A stretch of 41,358 nucleotides of DNA from Stramenopiles sp. TOSAG23-3. Taxonomy: Eukaryota. The notes under the pieces are model-generated. The model saw only the letters and a list, made by a program, of their open reading frames with translations, ran no database searches and was not told the origin of the DNA. Positions within the stretch are counted from its first letter, which is position 1. The number at the start of each line of letters is the position of its first letter. Positions 1 to 9,701 of this stretch are shown here, piece by piece. The translations under genes and the position numbers were made by a program. The stretch lies in contig LT642178.1 in assembly GCA_900128585.1 (NCBI GenBank), positions 1 to 41,358 on the forward strand, written 5' to 3'.

Positions 1-1083
1 TCCGAACCCAGTCCCTGTCAAACGATATTACTGAAATGAAGGCCAGGCCCCAATCACCAGATGAGGACGACTCTAGCGATGTGGTGGAAGCTAAACCGGT
101 TCAGGCGCCTAGACATTGGCTTGATTGCGCACCAAGCTGCTACTGATGTGCAGCGGGTCTTTCGTGGCCATCGTATTAGATCCCAGTTGAGCACTGCTCT
201 TAAATACCAAGATACGCGTGTTGGGTTGAGCTTACATAACGATTCTGCTACATCAATCCAAACTGCATTTCGCGCCTACATAGCGCGTAAAAAGTTGACC
301 GATCACCAGGTGTACACAGTATTCCAGAACGATGTCTGGTTGGAAATAAAGACAGAGGCTGCCACGGTGATCCAACGACCCACCAGGGCATGGATTGGAA
401 GGCAAAAATTACGACGGGCACGGAGGCATTATTTGGAAAATCTAAAAAGAGCGGCCAAAGATGGGTGGCGTGGGATCCTTGGCAGAAAGAGGGCTCACTA
501 TTTTCGTTGCATACGTAAGGTTCAGGCATGGTTGCGGATGTGTCACGTGCGACTGCATAGAAGCATATTTTGGAAGCACATGGATGTTTCAGTATCGTTG
601 CACCGCCCAGAAGTTCAGCTGACCCATGAACAAATATTTCACCACTTACGAGATGCGCCAGAGTATATCCTAAAAAGCGTTGGCTTCAAGTGTCGAGAAA
701 AAATTCGATCGCTGCCAAATCGCCCCCCGTTCTTTTTAAGAAAAGGTGCGCTAAAATATCAAAATATGAAAGCCGTACTGAACGACAAGCCACCAGAACA
801 TCTTTGTAAACACTGCAACCAACAACAGCGGTGGCCAGGTGACAAGTGCTGCTGCCATATGACGCCGCCCTGTCGGAGTTGTGTAGCGAATCGTCAAAGA
901 TTAAGACTTCACGGGAGGCCTGCCTCTTTGGGGTGCGATCGGAAAAAAACTGACATAAAAAAAGCGCTTCCCCCCTAACGGAAAGGAGGGGCCAAAAAAA
1001 CGACGTATAAGCTCTCCAAAAGTGTGCCCGAATTTGTAAAGCAACATCAGCGAAAAAGTAACAAGTACATCCGAAAGGATTGA
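1..1083 (+). pseudogene. IQ-motif (calmodulin-binding) protein with C-terminal Cys cluster; 5'-truncated by the window and apparently disrupted (main ORF 61..978)
   Basis: IQ-like motifs: AATDVQRVFRGH, SATSIQTAFRAY, AATVIQRPTRAW, IRKVQAWLRM. Cys cluster CKHC..CCC..CRSC. Frame 3 from base 3 reads as natural protein (EMKARPQSPDEDDSSDVVEAKPVQAP) and would join frame 1 near 105-115. After TAA 976-978 the frame stays open for 34 more codons to TGA 1081-1083. Confidence 0.5.
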
Positions 1084-1702
1084 TAGCAGTTCCATGACGG
1101 ATGTTAGAGTTACAACTTAACCCCATGAAGACCTTGGCTCGGAAGTTATATTACTCACTTCTCTGATAATAATATACAATAATATACAGTAATAAAAAGA
1201 TGATGATGATAATTTGTTTTTGTTATATATTGGCTGCTGTGATGATGTGGTGCTAGATGTGTTTTTGTTGAATTGTTGAAGTAGTAGTAGAAGTTCCAGC
1301 AGTCAATAAATAAAAGCAAAACATGGTTCTACTACACACTATGTGTGTATTTTGTTTAATTATTTGAGATGATGATGAGAAGATGTATAGATTGTACGAT
1401 CGGTTAATAAAAAAATGAAAGTTTTACAGAGGTACCGGGTACCAAATAACAACAAAAAAAGTACATATCAACGACGAGAGAGAAAAAAATGAGAACAATA
1501 ATTCATCAATGAAGAAATAACATCCAAGTCATTTTTTGTGTTCTTCATGGCAGCTCTCAACAAATTTGCTCAGCATTCGTTCTTCAAATCACATTTACTT
1601 TTGTCATTGTTCACTTGCTCGTGTAATAAAATATCGTTCATCAGAATCAGTAATCCAATCAACGTTTTAAGACAATAAGTATAGACAATCACTTCTTGCT
1701 GG

Positions 1703-2570
1703 ATGCGGTTGTGTTCTTTTCTCGTATTAAGTGCATGCTGCCTTTTTGAAGACGGTGATGGCTCCCCCAATTTACCCAATTTCGGCGTGGGTGCAGATGA
1801 TTCTGTTGGAACGAATTACTACGAAAACATGACCCATGGGGAAAAGGTCGTAATTCTTAACGAACGAACGTACCCTCACCCGAAAAGTAAAGAAAACTGG
1901 ATGATTAAATTCTATGCACCGTGGTGTGGCGCGTGTAAAGGCATGAGAAAAACCTGGGCAATTTTGGCTGGTCGGAGCAATGGGGATTACAAGGTCGGAG
2001 CACTAGATTGTACCAATAGTCTGAACCGGCATTTCTGCCAGCAATTTAAATTAGATCGTTTCCCCCACATTAAGTTCGTAAGCGGTGGGAAATCGAAAGA
2101 GTACAAAGGGTCGCAGATGTCAGTGTACGAAATGAAACAGTTTATTAAAAAGAACTCGGTCAAAACCGGAAAAAAATCTCGGGGAGGTAAAAAGCAATGC
2201 CCCGGTGGTCAATTTAGCAAGAAGAGTGGTGTGAAAGAGTTTTGCGAACACATTTTCCCGTATGGAGGGTCGAAACATATCTGGCTTGTCAATTTTTACT
2301 TGTCATAACAAAAAGTGGCGAAAAATGGCAAAGGAGCTAGTGGAAGCCGACGATTTCAGATTGGGAGCAGTCGATTGCGTGAGAAACGTAAATCTATGCA
2401 CCGATTTAGGCATTCAGTCAAAATGGCCTGGGACTCCAAACTATTTCCCGGTCTTGCGTCTTTTTTGGGGCGAGGCGATTGTCCCTTACCCAAATGACCC
2501 GAGAACAGATTCCATCAAAGTGATGTCATCCTGGGTAAAAGAAATATTGAACGAAGATAGTGATTTGTAA
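1703..2570 (+). CDS. Secretory PDI-like protein with two thioredoxin-fold domains, frameshifted at ~2300
   Basis: Signal-peptide-like N-terminus. WMIKFYAPWCGAC active site and GALDC...FPHIKF. The second domain begins WLVNFY in ORF 1703..2308 and continues KKWRKMAKEL..RLGAVDC..FPVLRLF in ORF 2262..2570. It ends DSDL (KDEL-like). Confidence 0.8.
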
Positions 2571-3049
2571 ATATGATCAACATGCGTATGATTTGTAAAT
2601 GCAGAAAAATATTTACTAATGATTTAGATAAACTGAATTTTAGAGAAAAAAAAGAAACGTCTTCTTTTTTCTGAGAGATGTAAGAGTATACGAATTCGTA
2701 AAATATAAAATTGGTGGCNNNNNNNNNNNNNNNATATGTACTTGTTTCATATAGGTGGTGACTATATATACGATGATCAAAATAAAAAATAATGACTTCT
2801 TCTTCTCTTATTTTATTGGTTCATAAATAATTTGGTGGTGATATAATAATGATATAAAATATAATAAAAGTATAATATTATAAAATACGTATAAATATAT
2901 ATTATATACACTCATAATTTTTTATCGTACAAATACATAGCAGCGAGACGATATATAAATATTTTTTTTATTGATTACTGTACATTGCCTTTGTTGAATA
3001 ATAGGTTTTATCCGGTAATGTAATAATGTAATTGGAATAGTATTACTAC

Positions 3050-3262
3050 TGGTACTGGATGCTACCTGCAGAAAGTCCGTCCTCCTAGACCTACCTCCCG
3101 CTGAGGAAAATAAGGCAAGTAGGACTGCCCCACATACGGCTACCATCTCCATCTCACAGACGTAAGAGGAGGGAGTAGATGCGTCCACGTCCCAACTTAA
3201 TCAATAGAATAGATTGATGTTGATTAATTTGGGGAAAGTACCCGGACCGGACGAATGACGTA
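3050..3262. ncRNA. Candidate structured ncRNA (GC-rich island)
   Basis: GC-rich island in an AT-rich spacer with several complementary segments. Family not identified. Confidence 0.25.
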
Positions 3263-3476
3263 GTTGACAGAAGATATTGATATATTTAATATTGGTAATA
3301 CAAACGTATAAACAACCACAATCGAAAGTTTATGGTTTTGAGCAATTATCTTAAGAATTATCTCAAAGCAGACAGCCATTCTATTGAGGTAAAGAGAACA
3401 CAGGTTTCATCTACAATTTTGAAGAATTCATCTCTGTTTGTATTGGGAGCAAATCTAGACCGACAACGAAAATTTA

Positions 3477-4367
3477 ATGGGAATGGAAGAATATGACGTT
3501 GGCCGTATGAGCGGCAAAGGCAAGTTTAGTGTTGTCTACAAGGCAAAACGAAAACGAGACAATGTCACAGTTGCGCTGAAGAAGATAGCGGTGGATGTTA
3601 TGGACAGGAAAGATGTTGAAGCTTGCATGCAGGAAGTTGCTCTGCTTCAGGCGGTGACGGACCACCCTAATATTATCAGCTACCTCGATTCGTTTTTGGA
3701 CGACAACCATTTGGTAATCGTTTTGGAGTGGGCGGGGGCGGGAGATTTGAAGCGCCAGATCGGAAAGGCACAGCAGAAAAGTGCTCGTTTCGACGAAGGC
3801 TTGGTGTGGAAGATATTTAACCAGATTGCGAGCGCCCTGAACCATATGCATGACAAACGGACTATGCACAGGGATTTGAAGCCGGCAAACATCTTTCTTA
3901 CGGCAAAAGGCACCATTAAATTAGGAGACCTCGGTCTCGGGCGATACTTGTCAGAGGCCACTATGGAGGCGTTTACGAAAGTCGGAACACCGCTGTACAT
4001 GTCTCCAGAAATGTTATCCGGGAAGAAAGGCGGTGGCTACACTTGGAAAAGTGACGTGTACTCGCTGGGATGCGTTTTATACGAGCTTGCGATGCTCAGG
4101 GCGCCTTTCAAGGAGCCAGGGATGACATTTCAGGCATTATGCAAGCGTGTAGTTAGGGGGGACTACCAGCCTTTGCCAAAGGTGTTTTCGAGAGAAATGC
4201 GCGATTTGGTGGACAGTATGCTTGATACAGAGCCCGAAAATCGTATTGACCTTGCTGAAATTTGCGCAGTCTCTGCCAGGAATTACGAAAAGTATGCAAA
4301 GTTAAAAAGCGAAAGGAGAGAAAGGGAAGGGAAGGCGGCGGACGCAGGGGGGAAGAGCAAGAAGTAA
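3477..4367 (+). CDS. NIMA-related Ser/Thr kinase (NEK6/7-like, catalytic domain only)
   Basis: GKGKFSVVY, VALKK, HPNII, HRDLKPAN, DLGLG and GTPLYMSPE motifs. The 296-aa size resembles NEK6/7. Confidence 0.92.
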   Translation: MGMEEYDVGRMSGKGKFSVVYKAKRKRDNVTVALKKIAVDVMDRKDVEACMQEVALLQAVTDHPNIISYLDSFLDDNHLVIVLEWAGAGDLKRQIGKAQQKSARFDEGLVWKIFNQIASALNHMHDKRTMHRDLKPANIFLTAKGTIKLGDLGLGRYLSEATMEAFTKVGTPLYMSPEMLSGKKGGGYTWKSDVYSLGCVLYELAMLRAPFKEPGMTFQALCKRVVRGDYQPLPKVFSREMRDLVDSMLDTEPENRIDLAEICAVSARNYEKYAKLKSERREREGKAADAGGKSKK

Positions 4368-4470
4368 GAGTGATTTTACTATAAGTTTAAAAAAACAAAA
4401 TTATAAAAAACAAATTATATNNNNNNNNNNNNNNNNNNNNNNNNNNNNNNNNNNNNNNNNNNTTTGACCC

Positions 4471-6051
4471 CTACTCGTAGGAGCAATCTATCTTACCCAT
4501 TTCCATATAAATAGATTTCTCCTTAGTCCATTGTGCTAGGCATGCACTCCCATTCTCCTGCCCCAGGCCAGAACTCTTGTGACCGGCCCATGGTAGCTCG
4601 ATTGGTGCAAGGTTGTAGTTATTCACCCACATTGTCCCAGCTTCCAAACTATTCGCAACTCTGTGGGCACGGGTAAGATCGTTGGTGAACAGCCCAGCCG
4701 ACAAGCCATATTCGGAATCGTTTGCGCGATGCACAACATCATCTTCATCAGAAAACGTAAGAACACACATAACCATTCCAAAAATCTCTTCCCGCACGAT
4801 TGTCATATCGTCTTTGCAATCGTCAAATATTGCTGGTGTCATGTAATAGCCATTGCGAAACTCTTCGTTTTCAGGTCTTACGAACTCCCCGCCACCGGGG
4901 TTAACAATCTGCGCGCCTTCCGCAATGCCTGTCTCGACGTATCCCCTGACAGTCTCCATGTGTTGCCTGCTGATCATTGCCCCAATTTCTGTACCTGTAT
5001 CCATGGGGTCACCAATAACAAGGCGCTGGGTCCGTTTAAGAAGTAGGGCCATAAATTTTTCTTTCAAGGTTTCTTCAACGTACACGCGCGTACCGTTTGA
5101 GCACACTTCGCCGTTGGAGTACCAATTCGCCATCATCGCCGCGGACACTGCATCATCCAGATTTGCGTCTCCGAAAATGATAAGGGGAGACTTTCCTCCC
5201 AGCTCCATGGTTACTCGTTTCAATGACTGCGCAGCATCTGCATACACACGCTTGCCCGTATTTACACTTCCAGTAAATGACACTTTTGCAATGTCATCGT
5301 GCGTCGACAGCATCTTCCCAACTGTTTCTTTTCCAAGAAGAACATTGTAGCACCCTTTGGGAACGCCAGCCTCGTCATACACCCTTCCCAGCTCCAAAGC
5401 CGTCAAGGGGGTCTGGGGAGCAGGCTTAAATATAATACTATTTCCAGCAGCCAGTGCTGGTGCTGATTTCCACACTGCACTCTGAAGAGGATAATTCCAC
5501 GCCCCAATTCCGGCGCACACCCCGAGAGGGCTGCGAACGGTATACCCCCAGCTGCCGCTCCCCAAAGGGACTTGTGAGCCGTTCAACGCGTTTACTGCAA
5601 GGCCACCCATGAACTCGATGCAGTCCGTTGCAGAGGGGATGTCCCCGAACAGGGTTTCCGTGTACGGGCGAGCAGTATCTAGTGTTTCGAGGCGGGCAAA
5701 ATGGTCTGCGTTATCTTTGAGAATGGTCGCAGCCCTCTGCAGAACCCTTGCCCGTCCCGCAGTGCTCCATGACGCCCACTCCAACTGGCCCTCCTTGGCG
5801 CACCTCACGGCGTCTTCTACATCTTGCTCACTCGCTTCTACAGCTTTCGCAAATACTATTCCCCGGGCCGGGTCTTCAATATCGAAAGTGTTGGACACGT
5901 CCCCGCTGCGCATCGTACCCCCAACAAATCCTTGCAAAACGTCCCCGACACTCTCAACGGTAGCAACATACCTCTCGTTTGCCGTGCTCAGTCCCCGAAC
6001 GGCGCAAGAACCCGACGGAACGAACCGGTGGGAGCAAACAGTGAACCTCAT
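4471..6051 (-). CDS. ALDH9: Betaine aldehyde / 4-trimethylaminobutyraldehyde dehydrogenase (ALDH9-like)
   Basis: IGAWNYPLQ, FTGSV.TGK, ELGGKSP, catalytic GEVCSNGTR and EEIFG. The first ATG at 6051 gives a presequence-like N-terminus (the ORF track uses a TTG start at 6114). Confidence 0.92.
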   Translation of the reverse strand: MRFTVCSHRFVPSGSCAVRGLSTANERYVATVESVGDVLQGFVGGTMRSGDVSNTFDIEDPARGIVFAKAVEASEQDVEDAVRCAKEGQLEWASWSTAGRARVLQRAATILKDNADHFARLETLDTARPYTETLFGDIPSATDCIEFMGGLAVNALNGSQVPLGSGSWGYTVRSPLGVCAGIGAWNYPLQSAVWKSAPALAAGNSIIFKPAPQTPLTALELGRVYDEAGVPKGCYNVLLGKETVGKMLSTHDDIAKVSFTGSVNTGKRVYADAAQSLKRVTMELGGKSPLIIFGDANLDDAVSAAMMANWYSNGEVCSNGTRVYVEETLKEKFMALLLKRTQRLVIGDPMDTGTEIGAMISRQHMETVRGYVETGIAEGAQIVNPGGGEFVRPENEEFRNGYYMTPAIFDDCKDDMTIVREEIFGMVMCVLTFSDEDDVVHRANDSEYGLSAGLFTNDLTRAHRVANSLEAGTMWVNNYNLAPIELPWAGHKSSGLGQENGSACLAQWTKEKSIYMEMGKIDCSYE

Positions 6052-6316
6052 GTAAAAATACAGTAAATGACTTGTGACTTTCAACTGTGCAGGTTTTGAT
6101 GCGTAAAAATCCAATAGATTCCCTTTGAGGGGTGCAGGGTGAGAAAATGGTTGAAAAATACTTTACATGAAGTTATATTTGATGAGGGTAAAAATTGAAC
6201 AACACGTTGAATTCAGAACAAAGGAATTGAGAAGAAGAAGAAGAAAAAATGTGGTGATGATGAATGATGATGATGTGGGGTGGTTGTGTTTTTTTGTTGG
6301 TGCTGGTTGGTGGTTC

Positions 6317-6439
6317 GGTACCGGTATTAATATTAATACCAGGTACCGGTACAGGAACAGGTTCAAAACAAACTGTTCCTGGTACCTCCTGGAGTAATAC
6401 CTGGTACGGTAGGTACCTGGTATTACCTGTACCAGTATT
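6317..6439. promoter_or_regulatory. GGTACC/ACCTGGTA-rich palindromic cluster upstream of ALDH9 (candidate promoter element)
   Basis: Related copies at 14126-14158, 19212-19233, 36784-36808 and 1431-1443, each 250-460 nt 5' of a start codon. Confidence 0.5.
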
Positions 6440-6635
6440 TAATAAACTAGTCGGTAGTAGTCGTATCACCGAATATTTCTATTCAATTCTCAAAACGAGA
6501 GGGAATAAATACCGTGCTCCATCCTGTGTTCTCCTTTTATCCCCTAGAAAGCTGCACACATTGGTTATAATAAGATTTATATATTCGAATATGTAGTGTA
6601 GTATTACACCACCGCATAAAGCAAGTGTAGCACTT

Positions 6636-8651
6636 TTAGACGACCCAATTTGCAACTTTCTTGCCTTTGATTTTCAGTCCATCGTCCACTTCGTTGTCTT
6701 GGTATCGCAGCTCCGCATTCCCCCCCATTGCGGTAGCCTTTCCACCATAAGCAGATGCACCAAAGCCTGCTTCGGCCAACTTCATTTCAATATTCTCCCC
6801 CGTCAATTGCGCCTTGCGGCGGATCAGCTGCTCGAGCCGTTTTCTTTCTTCCTCTGCGCCAACAATTTTTCCAGTTTTCACGACTTCCCCACCCGTTTTT
6901 GCAGCTAGCGACGCTTCGTAAGTTCCTTCCTCCACCAAGTCATCTTTTCGTATAAAAGATATCTCTTCCCATCGCTCTTTCTGCTTGATCAATGCCTGGA
7001 GTTCTTCCATTTCTGTGTCGATCGCCCTGATAATGTGCAAGATTCCACTGGAATGCTGCGATACTTGGTTTGAGACGTTCGAACATTGCTCGCCAAACCG
7101 CAGCGCAGCCAAGCTCTCTTGAGCGTCGATTGATTCCATTGAGGAGCACACCACTACCGCCGCCTTTGAGTCACCGCCCAGAGCAGGAGACAACAGCATT
7201 GTGAGCTTGCTGTCCTGGTAAGGGATGTAATCCGCTTTCTCGTTCAACGCTTTAGTGACCTTCTTCAGGGCCAGCAAGCCCACGTTGATATTAACAGCCT
7301 CCCTCATCCTTTGCCCCATGACAAAACCCCCATCCAGTCCAATGCCGCCATGCGCAACTTTACTTCGTTTCACTTGCTCGGAACCGCCTAAATCGGCGAG
7401 AAATAGTTGCGAGCGAATCGTCACATTCGCCCGCTCGTCTTCCATATCAAGGTTCAGAACGAGCAGGGCGTGCGCACGGGAAGATCGCTCATTCATAGCG
7501 GTTGCTGCTTTCTTCTTGTACGCATCTCCATGCTTCAGAAGATCCTTCACTTCCTCCAAAGTACTTACTTCCACCGCACAATTTCGGTTTAGGACATATT
7601 TTTGCGCGCTGACTTTGTTGTGCCCTACCCGACTTCCCTCCCTCAAAAGATCAGTCACTTGCCCCCCAAATATCTCGACGTAAGAAATGCTTAGTACTGT
7701 CCGTACCCCTTTCTTCTTTCTCAGCTCGTTCGCGTGAAAAATTTCCTCCACAGCACGAGGGATTAGGCCTTGCATACGACTAGGGACTTCGCCCAGACTG
7801 GCGGCCGGGGGGCCAAACATTGTATATGTCTTTCCTGCTCCAGTTTGACCATACATTATGATGGCAGCATTGAAACCGTTCAGAAAATCCATGACCATCT
7901 TTCTGGCCACAGTTTCGTATACATTTGACTGACTCGATCGGCCCGGCAGCACAAAATCAAAGTTGAAGGCTCGCATCCCTATTTTAGGGACAAGCATGAC
8001 GACTTGGCCCATTCCGGGATCAACACTGTGCACACTGGCAGCCACTTTACCGTCCTCGTTTTCCTTGTTGTCCTCATTGGACAAGAGGGTCTTCTTCCAT
8101 GCTGCCGCCAGCCCTGGGCGCCACCCACCTTCCTCAAACAATACCTTCAGGGCGTCTTCCGAATTCTCTAGCTTGTTCCTAATTTTAATAAGCTGCAATC
8201 GCTGATGAAGCGGAAGGCAGAACAAAGCCTCTTCTTTCTTCGATGCCTCCTCCTCCTCTGCCTCTCCGACGAGTTGTTTGCTCGGTTTGAAGCGGACGAC
8301 GACGGTAATATTATCATCTACGCTAGCCTTCTTTTCAGGTCTATGTTCCACTTCCCCAGTCTCTTCGTCCACTTTTACAGGTCGGGGAGCGAACAGCGAC
8401 CGCTGTCCCCAAAGCCTTTCGTAAACCCGTTTCCAAGAGTCGGACACCGGCAACCTAGGCGAGACGTAGAGCCAGCATTCGCTCTCCAGGCGACGACAGA
8501 GCCATGAATAATGCGTCGATGTGCCGGAAAGCCGATGCCACTTTTTGCACATGAGTTTCAACGTAACCATTCTCGTTGGCCAGTCCAAAAAATTTAAAAC
8601 AAAGTACCAGACTTCGTCGGTCACCTGTTTTGAAAGTGCTAAATTCCCCAT
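6636..8651 (-). CDS. Kinesin motor protein with N-terminal F-box-like domain
   Basis: Motor motifs VVVRFKP, P-loop GQTGAGKT, NERSSRAH, DLGGSE and IPYQDSKLT. The N-terminus TDEVWYFVLNFLD..LKLMCKKW is F-box-like. C-terminal coiled coil. Confidence 0.9.
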   Translation of the reverse strand: MGNLALSKQVTDEVWYFVLNFLDWPTRMVTLKLMCKKWHRLSGTSTHYSWLCRRLESECWLYVSPRLPVSDSWKRVYERLWGQRSLFAPRPVKVDEETGEVEHRPEKKASVDDNITVVVRFKPSKQLVGEAEEEEASKKEEALFCLPLHQRLQLIKIRNKLENSEDALKVLFEEGGWRPGLAAAWKKTLLSNEDNKENEDGKVAASVHSVDPGMGQVVMLVPKIGMRAFNFDFVLPGRSSQSNVYETVARKMVMDFLNGFNAAIIMYGQTGAGKTYTMFGPPAASLGEVPSRMQGLIPRAVEEIFHANELRKKKGVRTVLSISYVEIFGGQVTDLLREGSRVGHNKVSAQKYVLNRNCAVEVSTLEEVKDLLKHGDAYKKKAATAMNERSSRAHALLVLNLDMEDERANVTIRSQLFLADLGGSEQVKRSKVAHGGIGLDGGFVMGQRMREAVNINVGLLALKKVTKALNEKADYIPYQDSKLTMLLSPALGGDSKAAVVVCSSMESIDAQESLAALRFGEQCSNVSNQVSQHSSGILHIIRAIDTEMEELQALIKQKERWEEISFIRKDDLVEEGTYEASLAAKTGGEVVKTGKIVGAEEERKRLEQLIRRKAQLTGENIEMKLAEAGFGASAYGGKATAMGGNAELRYQDNEVDDGLKIKGKKVANWVV

Positions 8652-9043
8652 TACTGCTTCAAAAATACCAAACTCAAAATCAATCCAGCCCTCCTTATTC
8701 CTGTTTCAATTGTTTCAAAAACTCGTCAACTTTCTTGGATTAGCCTTTACATACATGCGTCTTCGCCTACATTTTGCATTATTAGCAGAGATTTTACCAA
8801 CCGAAATCAATGAAGTAGAAGAAGAAGTTGGAAAGTCCTTCATCACAAAAACAACAACAACCGTTATTANNNNNNNNNNNNNNNNNNNNTATTACTACAG
8901 CAGTATATAGTAGGGAGGTAAAAACTTTTATATTATTATTAATACATTGTAATATAATAATAATTATTATTTTGTTTTATTTTACCTCTTCTTATAATAG
9001 TGTAATAATAATATATTTAAATAATTTAATATATAATGTTTTA

Positions 9044-9321
9044 GTCATCAGGTCTACGGTCTACGCGTCCATCCTCCCTCCAAATCCACAGCATGCTCCG
9101 TGCTGATCCGGCCTATCATTAATAATGGCCTGAGTGGGTGCGATCAGGGGAATGGACACAGCATAGCGATGAGTGCTGAATGCTGTGTGTGTACTTACGA
9201 ATCCTTAGCAGCAGCAATTAGGTAAAGTATAGAAAACGGCCCTTGCCAGGCAGGCGTCCCGAAGGGTCATGGATAGTACTTAAATGCGTATTAAACCTTA
9301 ACAGGAGGAGGCGGTGGAGAC
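9044..9321. ncRNA. Candidate structured ncRNA (GC-rich island with stem-loops and a box C/D-type K-turn)
   Basis: Non-coding GC-rich island in AT-rich DNA. Stems ACACAGCAT/ATGCTGTGT and CTGATC/GATCAG. Family not identified. Confidence 0.3.
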
Positions 9322-9701
9322 AAAAAATATATAATAATAATATAAATAACTATAATAAAAAAAGAAAATAATGGCATCATCATCATCATTCTCATATAAA
9401 ATATAAAATATACANNNNNNNNNNNNNNNNNNNNNNNNNNNNNNNNNNNNNNNNNNNNNNNNNNNNNNNNATAATAATATTATTCTTCGTCTAAAGGATT
9501 TTTTGTTGCCTTTTTATTTATTATTAGACGTACCATCCACCACGAAAACCTTGTTGTATTTTGTATACGATCCGAGGACAACTATAAAATTGTAAAATAA
9601 TTGAAATTGGGTGGCATTACAGCTGTGAAAACTATAAAACTCAGACACAAAATACTGCATATAGTATTAGGCTTATTGGTATAATATATATTCTATACAG
9701 T

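Noticed and set aside
976-978. Stop-codon reassignment (TAA read as sense), suggested by the open frame after the IQ ORF
   Set aside because: TAA terminates well-conserved genes here (RPS4, NEK), and no conserved gene has internal stops.
6595-6606. GTGTAGTA (U2 snRNA branch-pairing sequence)
   Set aside because: Flanking U2 conserved sequence and the Sm site are absent.
9290-9302. TTAAACCTTAAC as a telomerase template
   Set aside because: It does not match 1.5 units of TTAGGG or TTTAGGG, and the telomere repeat of this organism is unknown.
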